A stretch of 64,000 nucleotides of DNA from Auanema rhodensis (taxonomy: Eukaryota; Animalia; Nematoda): assembly GCA_964057225.1 (NCBI GenBank), contig OZ059897.1, positions 16,864,001 to 16,928,000 of the forward strand, given 5' to 3'. The notes under the pieces were generated by a model, which saw only the letters and a program-made list of their open reading frames with translations, was not told where the DNA came from and searched no databases. The translations under genes were made by a program, and so were the position numbers. Below, piece by piece: positions 1 to 14,302 of this stretch (its first letter is position 1; the number at the start of each line of letters is the position of its first letter).

Positions 1-110
1 AGAGGGGAGCTTTGTTTATCGAAATAAAGTTTTTTCTTTTTATTCACCAAATTTCGAAATTTCTATGCCATTTGCTCAATGCGTGCTCTGCTACCATGGG
101 CTGTCGTGAA

Positions 111-120
111 TCGCGGGAAA
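111..120 (-). promoter_or_regulatory. E2F/DP (EFL-1/DPL-1)-like site TTTCCCGCGA upstream of kin-4
   Basis: Matches TTTSSCGC on the minus strand in a CpG-containing promoter-like patch. Confidence 0.4.
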
Positions 121-211
121 TTCTGTAGCGCACGCTTTTGTTTCCTCTTTCTCATCTAGATCTCCATTTCATTTCGTTTTCCATATATAAAAGAGAAAAA
201 GAATTTTAGTT

Positions 212-259
212 ATGGAAACTAGCATCTGGATTGGGGAAACGGGTCCCCCAAAAGATTAG
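212..259 (+). other. Candidate upstream ORF (METSIWIGETGPPKD*) in the kin-4 5' leader
   Basis: TTTTAG acceptor at ~204-209 followed by ATG 212 and TAG 257-259, upstream of the main ATG at 572. Confidence 0.35.
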
Positions 260-571
260 CTTAATTGATTAACACGAGCCTTTAGTAAGTGGCTCTCGGC
301 ACCCTGAGGGGGCGGAGCTAACATAAGGCTTTGCCAGCACCATTCATCTACTCAATACGGCAGCAGCACCTGCTTTCCAGTCGTGCATGAATATTCTTCT
401 CTCGGTCGATTGTATTGATTCCTGGATTACATTCTGGATAAATATTCACGCGAACAGCTCATACATAACCTCATATTGGAAATAACCTGCATAATTTCCG
501 ATAGTTATTTGTTCTTTTATTTTCATCGTCGTATATATCATTTATTATCGACTTTCTGAGCTTGCTATAAT

Positions 572-3500
572 ATGGACCAGAAGCAGAGAAGATCTAGAAG
601 ATGCTCTCTACCACTTTTACCCGCTCTTTCTTCGAGTTTTGCTTCAACTTCTCATCATGGAATTCCTGCCAACACATCCACTTTGGCACGACCAGTGCAG
701 GTTGTTTGGAGACGACGACCGCGTTATTCTATATGTGCTGCTTCTGAAAATTTAGTAGTGCCTACTATTTCCACAAATCGAGAACATATGAAACGCAGAA
801 GCCCTTCACGAAACCGTCGGGTCGGGCTATCCTTTGGGCATTATTCTCCACCTATATTAACAACTTCACAGTCATTCTTTCCTCCAAATGAAGAAGGCCG
901 ACCTCGTAGCGCCATGTTGTATCAGGCGGTAGGTTTATTTGTTTGCTACAATTTAGAAATTAGTGGTGCCATGTTGTAATTGTAATCAATGGCATATTAA
1001 ATGTTACATTTTGACTCAGAAGTATTATTTCATAAAATTTTATTGTCGTTCTTTGCAAAAGCTATTGTAAGAACCAGTCAGAGTAAAAGTACCTGTCACA
1101 TCAAGATGTTTATTGATTGAATAATTTAGTGTGCTTGCCATAACTCTTTTTTTCTTTGTCTCAGTTACAAATTGATTCTTTTAAATCTCAATTTTTATTA
1201 TAAAGAATTAGTCTTCTGAGAACTATGATTGTGCCAGTGGATTAACTTCATTTGATGGTATTATATGCTCTCTGATCAACTCATGAAGCACTCATTTTGG
1301 CTTTACTATTCATTATTTTGTAGTATGTTGCACAGCTTTTTGTGAAAGACGTTGCATTCTAATCTTTTCAGCATTAATGTTAGGCTTCGAGGGGTGTAGT
1401 TGGCGCGTTCAGCTTGCGCGTAAAGCAAAATATGAAAAACAACCGTTCTTCATAATATCCGATTCGAAAATGAAACGTATCCTGCTACAAATATGTCTAA
1501 TTAGCATGTAATTGACGCTTAAATTTTTGAAAAGCTATACTAGTTCGATCTGGTTGAAAATTTCAATTGATAAAAAGAGATTGTGATCTCTACTTGTAGA
1601 AGTACATAGTAGTTTGACAAAGACATTTTTAGCTAACTAGGCTTTCTAGATATTGATCAAATTGTTGCATGTGCTGAGTCTAAGCCCGAGTCTATTTTGA
1701 ACTATTGCTTGCCCAAGGGCAGAAAAGAAAAGTTATTAATTTTTCTAAGTTCTTTCATCCTTTTGGTTAGCTTCAGTAGACTAATGGTCCTGCTTATAAG
1801 CTTATTTCTCTAGAGGCCCTGAATGCTATCACTCAGTTCCATAAAATTGTTATTTCTTTTATGTTTAAGTTTTTGCCTAAAAATTTAACCCCCTTATTTT
1901 AATGATAGTTTTTATGTTGTGTCCATGACTATATCATTAATGGCGAATAGGCTTAGAACATAAAACCTAAAAATGTAATTATTAAAATTTTAACCGACTT
2001 TGTCTAATAATCTTCAATTACAATGTGATCGATGTCTTGCCAAATTCTTTCACGCAATCTCCTTTCCAGTTTTAACTTAGCGCAGGAAACATGGCGAAAA
2101 CATAGATAGACTGGTTGCCGCGTGATATTTACTCTATTTGTCTATGTTCGATTCTTCTTTTTTTTGAAAATGGAAAATTTTCCGGGGTACCGATCTTCTT
2201 ACAACTAATCCCGTTCGTCCTGTCTTCAAGTCGTATGAAATTCTTATTAATTTTATGAAGTTATGTTATTCTGTTCTACGTATTCATCTGTGTCTTTTCA
2301 AAACTTCCGCGACCTCACTGTCATCGTTAGAACTTTGCTGTTTCTACTACTTGCTTTTAAAAATAAGCTTCTGTCTGGACAAACGGCGATAATTTGTGAG
2401 AGGCAGCTGAAGCTGTGGGTCTGGCAGCAATTCTTCGGACCCCCTCGAGATTCGCAACGACGACGAGATTTTTTCCAATTCGATATCTTGCTGCTTCACT
2501 CCGAGCTTTAGCACTCTTATTCCTCTGTTCTTCTGAATCATCATTACTAAACTTCTTTCTCACTTGCTACTGCTGTACTAAGTTATTTATCTGCTAATTA
2601 AATAATGGCGTAATATTATGCTCTAAACGACGTTTGCTTCGTAGAAACTTGAATTTGCAGTTTGATATCCGTATTATTTCTACTTATCAGTATTACTTTT
2701 GTGAGCCCCCACCTTTAATCTATATATTTGGTGGGGGTGATTGCTTTTCTCGCCAGTCTCCAGTGTAAACTTGCATAACTGAATATGTTCAGTTCTAAAT
2801 CCTCTGCAACAGGTGCAGAGGGAAGCCCATGGCATCGTTTTCCCACAATGCTTGCTCGTCTAACACAGTCCAGACGATCTAGAGAACGGGATGGTCGTCC
2901 TTTTGGTGTTGGACGATCTATCAGTTGTTTTGTAATGGCGACCTCGTCCTCTATGTCAGTATCACCACCTGTTTCTTCTTGCTGCCTTTCTCCTGTTACT
3001 CAATTGAGGGTATGTTCTCTATTAACTTTTGCTGTAATTCAACATACTGGGCGAATGCTAGATATCTGTATTCTTCAACAAGATGTTCTAATTTAATTAT
3101 ATGATCTATGAACCTATGGTTAGTCTTTTGTGTTATCATTTGTTTTTCATGCACATGGAGTATGACAGATGGCTTCAATATACGTTTTAACCAACTTACT
3201 CAGAACACTAAAATTCTTGCGTAAACAATTTTGACGTGATCAAAAATCTACAGCTTTTAATATGTTTGAAATTTTTATTGTTGAATTCAGAGCAAAAATT
3301 CGAAGGGCATTTAAAACATTGTAATGTTATGTAACTTGAACGGAGTCTCATCTTGAATTTCTGATTCTTTCCTCCGCATTAGGCTTGTACCGGAAATTGC
3401 AATCTTCTTCTTCGTTGTTCTTACTCTTTCCGATGGCGATAAGGATAGACTTTTGACATTGATGGAGAAAATGACACTTGTAATGTGAATGACTCAATTG

Positions 3501-6500
3501 TGCGCTAGTTTAAAAGAAATGTTTTGAAAATTCAATTAAATAGTCTTCTGCTGTTTCTCCTATTTTTCTTTTGCTCATCTTGACAGGCTTCGGGTCTATC
3601 TTGATATACAACTGGAAAGGATATAGTTATTATTCTTTCGAATTTTTTATACAGCTATAATCCATTATCCAATGCATCGTGAAGACGAAAATGAGAATTT
3701 TCTGAGCGTCTTTAAGTACTCTTGTATTGGCGTAACCTTCCCTAGGGAATAATTCTATTTTTCATGGCCCATTACATCCACCATAAGCCAGTTGAATATG
3801 TACATTTATGAAGAAAAAAAAGAGAAAGAGGGCATTGTGCTTTGTCTTTATCACTACACATATTAGTACTTTCCTTGCAGTAAGTCAAAAAGCTTTTGTT
3901 TGCTTAACATTTGGAAGAAAAAGTACGTTTCAGAACAATTCAGTTGTATTCTATATTACAACTGACACTAAAAATACCCTTAAACTATGCCTTAAGATGA
4001 AATCATGATGCCAAAATTACTTCTTGCTCGAACTTCTAACCTAATTTGTTTTTTTCAGAAGGATGTGCAAGCATTGTCTCAAACTACTCGGTCTAGTGCA
4101 GCAAGACGAAGCTTGAATGCTTCCACATCTCCTTTACTTGCTCCAAGATGCCGAAGTCCAGCTCGACAACAGGGAACATCTTCTGTATCAAGGGCAACTG
4201 CTCCTGCAGCTGTACCTCTCAGGTAATTTTAACCAAATTTTATTTTTGAAAATATATGTAAACGCGAGTGCAAATCCTGATATTCTGTAGATCATATTCT
4301 ACTCGAAGTGGCAGCTCACTAATGGCTCCTCAACATGACAATCGACGATGGTCTCTGGCTTCTTTGCCATCTACGAGCGGCTATGGAACTCCCGGAAGTA
4401 ATTCTGCTTTCTCGGTATTATTTTCTTTTATATTTTTCCGATCTTGATTCAAATGTTTCCTTTCAGAGTCAATATTCTTCTTCAGAACATTTGTCTGAAG
4501 TCTTAGAGTGTATGAGATTGGGGCGTTTCGATAGCAACGAAAGCTATCCTTCCGCTGAGGATCCTTCTTCTAGTACATGTAGACCTAGAAGCCGAAGTTT
4601 AACGTAAGAATTAGACGTTTTCGAGATATTCACAAATGAGTACTTTAGAAGTCCAATAAAGTTTGGTAGTGAAAATCAAGCGAATGTTCTAAATCGTAGT
4701 AGTGTTTATAAGGAGCGTTTTCCAAAGGTTCGTTTTTACTAATTTGGGAATGTTTCTCAAATTCTAAATTAAAGGCTAAACTACAAATGGAGCAAAGATT
4801 GCAAGGCTTTGTTAATGAAAATGCACCTCTAAGTGGAGGAGCTTCGAATGATCTTGAAACTTCCGACCCTAGAAACAATCGAAAATCTATGGTGCTTGAA
4901 GCCGAAAAAGTGACTGATAAAAGCCTACTTAGGCTTCTAGGGGATGGAGCTACACGATTCTTACATCATCAAATTGTTGAGGTTTGTTTCTTTTTTATAT
5001 TCCTTGGTATTTTATTTTTTTTAGATAGCTTCTGATTGTTTAACACGTTCAATCGAAGATTCTATTACATGCTCATACTTTTGCGAGATGAGTCAAAGAT
5101 TGGACGAAACGTTAAATGAGGTTTCATCTTGATCATTAGCTTATTTCTATATGGTTTCCAATTTAGGCTCAACAGAAAACGTGTCAGGAATCTCTGACCT
5201 TTCTTACAAAGCTTGTTAAGCAACTTCTTATGATTGTTAGTCGCCCTGCAAGACTTTTAGAATGTCTGGTTAGTTATGGAATTGTTATTAGCTGTTATTG
5301 TTGTTATTAATGTAGGAGTTTGATCCGGATGAGTTTTATCATTTATTGGAAGAAGCTGAAGGTGTTGTTCGAGAGCAACTCGGAAGTGGAACAGCTCGAG
5401 TACCTGACTTACCTCAATACATAATTGGTATTATATTTCATCATTTGTTTGCTATTTTGCTTTTATCGCAGGCAAATTGGGATTGGATCGAGATCCCCTC
5501 ATGGATATTGAGACACGGGCTGAATCCCCTCCCGCTGCAGTTCCGGGACCAGCGTGCTCCAACGTCATCAAAAAAGAAGAATCTGTTCCTCCGAAACACT
5601 GGAATGAGCAACGACCTCCACGTGAAGAGGATTTCGAAACAATTCGGGTTAGTTCTTTGATTCTTTTACTATTATTTATTTCAAAATGTTCGATTAAAAT
5701 TTTGTATTCTAGTTGGTTAGTAATGGTGCTTATGGAGCTGTTTATCTCGTGCGTCACCGGGAAACTCGCCAACGCTTTGCTTTGAAAAAAATGAATAAAC
5801 AAACTCTTTTACTTCGAAATCAGATAGATCAGGTTATTTCATACAAAAACAATAATGTTTTACTGAGATATTCTTCTTATAGGTATTTGCTGAAAGAGAT
5901 ATTCTGACTATGACCGATAATCCTTTCGTCGTTTGTTTCTACGGATCATTCGAGACCAAACATCATTTATGCATGCTAATGGAATATGTTGAAGGTGGTG
6001 ATTGTGCTGCACTTCTTAAAAATGCTGGAACTCTTCCTGTGGATCTTGCAAGGTAAACAAATTATGACAAATGATAATTTTGACTTTCGAATATCATAGA
6101 CTCTATGTGGCGGAAACAGTTTTGGCGATCGAATATTTACACTCTTACGGGATCGTGCACCGAGATTTGAAACCGGATAAGTATGTTTAATAAGAAAAAT
6201 TATTTTGTATTATAAGATCTTAAGTCTTCTTATCACGGCTATGGGTCATATCAAACTTACTGACTTCGGTTTATCAAAAATTGGTTTAATGAGTAGAACT
6301 ACATTAGTAGCGGAAGGTGTTGATATCGTAGAAACGCAACAGTTTCGTGATAAGCAGCTTTGTGGAACACCAGAGTAAGTTTTAATTTGTTTTGGCTTAA
6401 CAATTTTTTTGTTATTCAGATATATAGCCCCGGAAGTAATTCTTCGCCAAGGGTACGGAAAGCCAGTTGACTTCTGGGCTTTGGGTATTATTCTTTATGA

Positions 6501-9500
6501 GTTTCTTATTGGAACAGTTCCATTTTCGGGGGAAAGCCCGGAAGAATTGTTTAGTAACGTTATATCTGGTTAGTTTTAGTAGACACTTTAAAAATTAATT
6601 AGTACTTCCAGATGATGTTGAATACCCAGATGGCGAGGAAGCTCTTCCATGTGAAGCAGAGGATTTAATTCGTAGATTAATGGAAAAAAATCCTATGGAA
6701 CGGCTAGGTGAATAACATTTCACATAATAATTTTTATATTTTTAATTAAAGGAGCTATCAGTGGTGCAACGCAACTTATGAGTCATCCATTTTTTGATTG
6801 TATTGACTTCAATACAATTTTAAGAGAAAAAGCTGAGTTTGTACCTCTTTTGGATAATGAAGAAGATACTAGCTATTTCGATAGTAAGTTTAGTTCTAAC
6901 ATGTCTTTAATCAATTTGTTTTCTAGCTCGCTTAGATAGGTATAATCATGAAGCAGATTCCTGTGGTGAAGATGATTCTTCACCAATGTTTCACTCCTTT
7001 TCAACTGCTAGTCCAAGACATTCCATTGTTGCTCTTGAAACTAGTCAGCTTCCATCAACGTCTATGTCTATATCTGCTTCTGCTTCAACTGCTACCGCCT
7101 CCATTTCCTCTAATAATGCTGAGCCCCGTTACCGTAAACCTTCAACTGCAACTCAGTCCAGTGAAGACCAAACTATGGATAGCGCTGATTTGTCAGCCGA
7201 GATACCTGTATCTTCAGTTAGTTTATCATCACCTTCTTAATGATAGCAATCTTATTCAGGCTATGATTTTGCGCAGGCAATTCTCCTCTCAGAGGAATGC
7301 TAACCTTTCTACTTCGTCAAGTGGAACTACTGGAACTGGCTGTTTAAATACCGCTTACTCCTCCACAGATAGCAGTATGGATGCTAGTCATATTAGCATG
7401 ATTGTTATACCTGATGCTAGAAAGTAAGTTTATTCTTAAAACTTTATCCAAGCTTAATACCATCCGCTCACAATTAACGCTTTATAGATCACCCTTGCCT
7501 AAATTTGCTATATCTTGTGATCCTGATGATTCCAGTGATACCACTACCAGACAAAAAGAATTGTCTCCTGTTGACGAAGCCGTTCGTTTCAGAGTTAGAA
7601 TGAATTGATAAACTTTGTTATAAATTATTTTTTAAGAATACCTCTCAAACACCCCTTCAACTGGTTATTCCTGCATCTGGATCTGGTTCTACCTCAAATT
7701 CTAATAACAAAGATATGTGCTATGTGGTAAATGTGAAATGTGTGTTCTAACTTCTTATTTTCGAGTTTTAGGTTGCTACAACCTATAGTCAACTCTCTCC
7801 TGGAGGTGGGTCCGTGTCATCAGCATCATCAGCCGATGGTTCGCCTCACCCTAGTGCTGATCAAATCAGCCCTGCAACCTCCTCTTTCAAATGTGTTACT
7901 ATAAGGTTACAAATAATAATAATAATATGTTAATCTGTGTTTTGTTATTTCAGAAAAGGCTCAATGGGTTTTGGTTTCACTCTGAAGTCTGTTCGAGTTT
8001 ATCTTGGAGAACATTCTGACTATTATACTATTGAACATATTGTTACATCTGTTGTTGCAGGTAATTTTTCTATTTTTCATTTATATTACTTTGCATTTCT
8101 GTGGTATCCATTTTCATAATTTTTTGAATCACAGTATTACATACATCACTTATTTTCTTGCAACTTATATTGAAAGAATACAGTTCAAAGATTTTAGGAG
8201 GGTTTTCCGCTATCTTATTTTTTACACTTATGATATATAACTAGAAACTTTCTCTATAATAATTTTAATTTACAAATGTATTTGTCAATTTGTTTGGTAG
8301 AGACAGCGGTTACCGTGCATTTTTTATTTCGGAAGGGGGTCATTTCATATTCTCGTTAAGTCACAAGATAGCGCTACATTCATGGTTAATTCATTTTTCA
8401 AGCTGAACATTTCAAATTTAATGACAAGCAATATGTTCAATTCAATTTTGTCACCCACATCCACCTTAATTTGAAAAGGGAGCAGTAATTCATCGATATG
8501 TTATTTTATGTAAAGTCATCTTGCTTCACCCAGCAAGTTGAAAGGGTTCAACTAATTCTTCTTTATTTTATTCAAATAGGAGTTATATGAGCTCTCATGA
8601 GTTTAAAATACAATTTCATTAACATGATCATTGTTTTTAGAACGAATAATACATTATATTTTTGGGATTAATGAACATTGTTTCATATTCATTTTGCAGG
8701 AAGTCCTGCTTTTGAGGCTGGTCTCCGTGGTGATGATATGATTATCCAAGTCAATAACCAATCAGTTCATAATTTGACGCATCCGCAATTAATGCATCGA
8801 CTTTTAAGCTACGGCAATGAACTATCTTTAAAAGTAAGTTTTCATAAAAAATTAGAAAGAAGATCTTGTAACTATGCTTGTTTTCAGGTAACTCCTTTGT
8901 CTTCCACATCAATTAAAGAAGGTGCGCCAAGGAAAACAGTAGGCAAAATGGCCAAAAAGAAGCCTAAACGTCCCCAACGTAGAGTTCCACTTGAGAAGAA
9001 AACAAGGTATGCAGAATTTTTTTCTATAAAAATAAAGAAAAATTACAGAAAGCCATCCTCTCTGTTACGTCGGCTTAGTGGCAAACGAGCCACAAACGAT
9101 ATAGTTCCCGGAACATCTAGTCAAAAGCAAACGTTTATTCCTAGGTTATTTTTTTTTCTGAAATATAATAATTGGAATTTATTTCAGGTCTGTTTCTAGT
9201 CAAGACGGTGTCATTCTGAATGGCCCTCCACCATCAAGTCATTCTCTGGCCTCTGCTCAACAGCCTTCTGCCCCCGTCACCGCTCCTATTTTGGCTCACA
9301 AACGAATGAGTGATGTGGGATTGCGCGAAGAAAATCGGTACTTAATTCATGCCCATAAACCCTTTCTATGTGTTCTGTATCCAGATCACCTCTAGCTTCT
9401 TCGCGGCCATCTTCGTTGCGCGGATTGAAGCAAACTTCCGTCCAGGTTGCTGCTAAGATTCCAACATCTCCAATTCCCGTTAGTCCACTTGCTAGATCCG

Positions 9501-9655
9501 AAGGACAGCAAGAAACAACAAGGTATCAATGAATAAATATCTAGTATTCCTATTAACCCGATCTTTTAAGATCTCCCAGCCCTTCAGCGGCTAAATTCTC
9601 TTCCGCCGGTGGATCCCTGATAAGCCGTATTCTTCAGAAGGATGACTCCAAATGA
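572..9655 (+). CDS. kin-4: MAST-family Ser/Thr kinase (DUF1908 region, AGC kinase, PDZ), multi-exon
   Basis: Spliced exons give [43 protein letters not shown], kinase motifs ([58 protein letters not shown]), an AGC tail (EEDTSYFD) and a PDZ domain ([12 protein letters not shown]...GSPAFEAGL). First exon 572-928 joins in phase 0 to the exon at 4059. Stop TGA 9653-9655. Confidence 0.93.
2785..3009 (+). CDS. kin-4: Alternative first coding exon of kin-4 (75 codons, [10 protein letters not shown]...VTQLR)
   Basis: ATG-initiated open frame ending AGG|gtatgt, phase 0 and compatible with the acceptor at 4058/4059. It lies in a GC-richer island within intron 1. Confidence 0.65.
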
Positions 9656-10235
9656 GAATTTTTGTCTGTATATTAACTAGATGTTGTCATAACTTATATT
9701 TACCATTTCTACATATATTCTTAAAAATTCTAATTAATCTTTAACTATTATAACTTTTTCTGTTTTTAATGACATTTGTGTGTAAGGCTCTTTGTTCTAA
9801 TTGTCTTCAATTTAATTTTAACCACTATTTTTCGAATTTGAATCTCTTCCACGTTTTTCTTGTATTAAGGTGGTTATATGATAGCTATTAACATTCTATT
9901 TACCCAATAGTTTCTGTAAACTTCAAGACACATTGCATTACTTCCTCTTTTAGGAACAGTTTTTCATTTCCCGGAGATATCCCGGAGAGCTTATTATTTG
10001 TGCGGGTATCTTCTTACGGTGACGACTTCGTCGTTTGTACACTGATATATAATAATTACTTGTAAATAAACTTATTAAATTATCTTCGTAATTGTTGTGT
10101 ATAATTATGTATTATTATAAAGACATACAAATATTAAAAAAGAATAGAAGAGAACTAAATCCCCAAGGTTTCATATTGAAAAACTCCCAATAATTAAATA
10201 AAGTGATTAAATAATTGAATACATTTTGCTAATAT

Positions 10236-10883
10236 TTATTTTTATAAAATAAAAAAGATAAATTATAATCGACAGCACTTTATTAGCACAATTTACAGAC
10301 TTAACCGGAAAAACTCGTACTTAGAAATGGAGAAAGAGTGCTATGGTATTTTACAATAAAAGATAAGAAAGAATACAAAGAGAATCTAAGCAAATCTAGT
10401 TACTAACTAGTCACAACTTACTTACACTTATTTTATTATTTCGAGAACGGTAATGTACACTTATTAGTTGCACTATAAAGCGCTCGGCCACGTTTCCGAA
10501 TTTTTATATAAAGACTTGGTAAGAAGTTAGAAAGTTGAATCTTGACCGGAAAGCGGAACACCGAGGAACAACGAGCAGTAGCACAGGTACACGGATAGAG
10601 AGAGACAAAGGAATATAGATCACAATGGTTGAGCAATAATGAGCAGCAAAAGAAGACGAAGAAGCCGAACCATGCAGTCTTCGGCTGAACTATGAAAGAC
10701 ACTCTCAAAACCCGCTAAAACAAAACGGGAATAGATAGGTTAGTAGCATATTATATTATAATAATTTTACGTTCAATTATAAAGAGCATAGTACAGAATA
10801 AAATAATAATTTTTAAAATTCACAAGTCTTACTCAACAAATAAGCAGGCAAAATTTGGTAAGGGGTGTCTGTGCATAAGTCGT
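10236..10883 (-). promoter_or_regulatory. ~650-nt oma 3' UTR with GLD-1-type (UACUAAC, 10745-10739) and FBF/PUF-type (UGUAAAAUA, 10355-10347) motifs
   Basis: Motifs read directly on the minus strand; AATAAA on the minus strand at ~10241-10236. Confidence 0.55.
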
Positions 10884-12582
10884 TTACCAAAGGTCTAGAT
10901 TACGAGCCAACTCTTCCGTGAGGCTGTCAAGTCCAGAATAGTGGAACATGTCAAAATCACGGTCATCATCCGTTAAGTTGAGGTTAACGGATGAGGAAGA
11001 GACTGTGGAAAAGGGAGATACCTCAGTCATAGGTGTGGAACCACCAGAAACATAGCCTTGTGAGCCAGTAAGAGACGGGCGTACTGGTGTTTTAAAATCT
11101 CCAAACATGCCAGAGGCTAAAACATAATATTAGTTTAATTTTTTTTAAAACTATTCTTACTAGCAAGAGTTGACTCAATAAGAGGCTTCTCTTCCTTTTC
11201 CATGAAGAAGGTTGGTGGCTCGAGTGGCCAACTAGGGTGAGGACGCAAATGGTTTGCTACACTTCGCATGGGTGTAGGTCCCAATGCTGGAGCGGCCGAC
11301 TGATTTTGCTGACAGTTCAACGGAGTTGAAGGCCGAATAGCAATATCAGTAATTTGGCACAGATCAGCCATGGCATGACGTTGAGTCACCTAAGTAGATA
11401 AAACAGTTAGTCGTAATACAGACACAAGCTCACTTCAAGAAGTTTATCTGGTCTAATGTAAGCGTTATTTCCAGAAGAATCAGGATGAATGAATAAACAA
11501 CGATTTCCGTATGGGCAGAGACCACTAGTAGTATACTTATCACACAATTTAGTCTTATATTTGTTGTTTTGCTTTGGTTGAATTCTATAATTATAGAATA
11601 TAGATTTTAATTTAAATATCTTCAAACCTTGATGGTCGAAGTTCTACTTCTCCATGGGCAAACCTACAATTTTCACCAAAGAGGCAAACTTTCGACTCTA
11701 ACCATGCTTGGCACATGACAGTTTTATAACTATCTGGCTTAGGAGAACGCTTTCCAGACTGACGATTACTGTAAGTTATGACATTTTCAAAACCACTACA
11801 TATCGAAACATACGCTGGATTGGGGGGTATATTTTGGGCCTCAAATGGGAATATTTCCTGAGTGAGAAGTGGTTGAGAGGCAAACTCAATGCCATTTGAA
11901 TTGGAGTTATTACTCGAAACAGCAGCATTGGGAGCTGATACAGATGTGTTTGTATTTGTTCCAATTTGAGCATTAGGACCTGGAGCTGCTCCAGAAGCAC
12001 GAACCCTGATATTGGAAAAAATTAATTAGAAATCAAATTTATAACCCACTGTTCAATTTCTTTTCTTAATTGAGCATTAACTGCTATAAGATTAGCAGCT
12101 TGATGCAAAAGATGATTAATCTGAAGAAACTTGTGTAATTTCATCTAATCTAAAAAAAAGAAACCTGGAACGATGGGCTCGGAGGTCCAGAAACAGCTCT
12201 TGATTGTGGTCCACTGCCTTGTTGAGGAACACTGAATACACCACTGTCATTAGAGCCAGAGGATAGTGAAGAAGCTGGACGAGCAGAACTTGTAGTGGAT
12301 CTGGAACATTACACTATAACCAAACCGAACCAGCTTCACAATACAATTTTTTTTAAAAAGTATAAATGTTTGAAAAGCTTTCAGAAATAAAAATAGAATT
12401 TCTAAGCGAGCTGACAAAACAATAATGTTAGCTTATGGCCTTACAATTCAAACAAAAGTGTATCAGAAATCAGATACACACGTAAAATCATGTCACATAT
12501 TGGATCATAGATTAAAGCTGGATATTATTAGTAAAAAATTAAATAAAACTAACCCGATTGATCCTTCCTGGTACCTGTACAT
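10884..12582 (-). CDS. oma-1: OMA-1/OMA-2/MOE-3-type tandem CCCH zinc-finger RNA-binding protein (oocyte maturation); start exon tentative
   Basis: QINHLLHQAANLIAVNAQLRKEI; KPDSYKTVMCQAWLESKVCLFGENCRFAHGEVELRP; NNKYKTKLCDKYTTSGLCPYGNRCLFIHP; NAYIRPDKLLEVTQRHAMADL; RPHPSWPLEPPTFF; C-terminus LTEELARNLDLW*. The exon starting at 12300 is phase 2, and ATGTACAG|gtac at 12582-12575 fits it. The paralogue assignment among oma-1, oma-2 and moe-3 is not resolved. Confidence 0.92.
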
Positions 12583-14302
12583 GTTAGAAGTATATGTTAG
12601 TTATATGAGAATAAAAAACCAAAATGAACAATCGGTGCCACCACACGGCCTGCAAATGGATATTTTTAGTCAAAAATTAGACCGAATGATCACGAAGAAG
12701 AACAAGAATAAATTTGAAATACGACCAACAACCGAACAGGAGTTCAAAAAAGAAATCAAAGAAAAGAGATTCTGGAACACAATAAGTCTCCAGAAGCGCC
12801 GACCGGCGAAAGCATAATCGACGAAAAGGACAACGAGGCTGCGACTTGCTGCTCTTTTCAGGGGCGTGAATGGGAATGACAACGGTATTCGGTCAGTATC
12901 GAAAGAAAGCCAAATAAGAAAATAGCTGAAGAATAGTTTGCGTATATCTACTCTTTCGACCAAAACGTTTCACAAAACTTCCAATAAAAGCGAAATAAGC
13001 AACAAAATTCTATGGAGGAAACGTAATAAAGCTACAGTTTGCAAGCGGATAAATAGCTAAAATAGAGGCAACGAAAATCAAGCTGATGCTTAAAAGGTGT
13101 GGGGGGAGGAGAGGTTAGATAGAGAAAAATACATGAAAACCAAATAGAAAAATGATTGTACGAGAGAAAGGTCAGTTGAATACAATACATGTTCAGACAG
13201 AAAGATAGAAAGAGGATCACTCAGTGCCGAATCAAAAAACGATAAACTAAAAAAACTGGTGAAAACTGGATTTAAACAGAAAAATCAGATGGCAGCAATA
13301 CGTATATTTGACACGGAGAGTAGACTTTCGAATATTAATGATAATGATATAAAAATATTAAAAAAAAACAGTAAATAGCAACTTTGTAATCGCAACATTG
13401 AGAAAAATAATATACAAAAAGAAAAAATATTTAAAAAAAAACTAATAATTCAGCCAGATAATGAATTAGTCAAACACGAGAGGAAACACACAGATTGTTC
13501 GGACTGAGGCGTACAAGCTGGATCAGCCCGAACCTGATTCGGTTGGATTGAAATGCCCATATCGGGTTGATGTCCAACCTGGCTCATACAGTAAATGCAA
13601 AGGTGGAAGATAAGAGACGGAGAGAGAAAGAGATTGGGAAAGAAAGACAATGAAAAAGAGAGATACTGAGAAACAGAGATATAAGAGAATACGAGAGGAT
13701 TTGGATCAACTATTGAAGACAATATCTGCCACGAAATAATGGAAAAATTATAAACACGATGGACACGAACCTGGACATACAAGTAAAACAAAAAAAAACC
13801 AGATTCTGTGCTCTTTACAATCAAACAGATATATATCTGTTCTGATACATAAAACAGAAAAAAAGAAATACTAGTAAAATGGTCATTGCCTAATCTACGA
13901 GGATTTTCGGTGTTTTTTTTTAAATGCGATGTAAAATATAAAGAAAATAAACGGGAAAATCAAGAAAGGAATAGACAATCAGAGGGATTCTAATAGTCTT
14001 GTTGAAAATCAAAGAGAGAAGCTGACTGAATCTAGTAACAGAAGAATCATACGCAGCTATAAACTTCGTAGTCTCATTTTCAAATCTACACTCAATGCTT
14101 TCTTGATCTAATTGAAACGAAACGAAAATCACAAAATTAAAAATTAATTAAACAGCTAAGAACAAAGATTATAAGTAATGTACAAATATATATGTTCATA
14201 TACATATAACTATATTATATATTTCTTACATAAAAAACCTCAACCGTCATAACATCCTAATTATATGAAAATCATCTTTAACATGATCCAAAGTCTACCG
14301 AT

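Noticed and set aside
5452-5802. Antisense or shifted-frame ORFs over kin-4, oma, lec-5 and prp-9 (e.g. 5452-5802, 11776-12000, 63567-63875)
   Set aside because: They are shadows of real exons in other frames.
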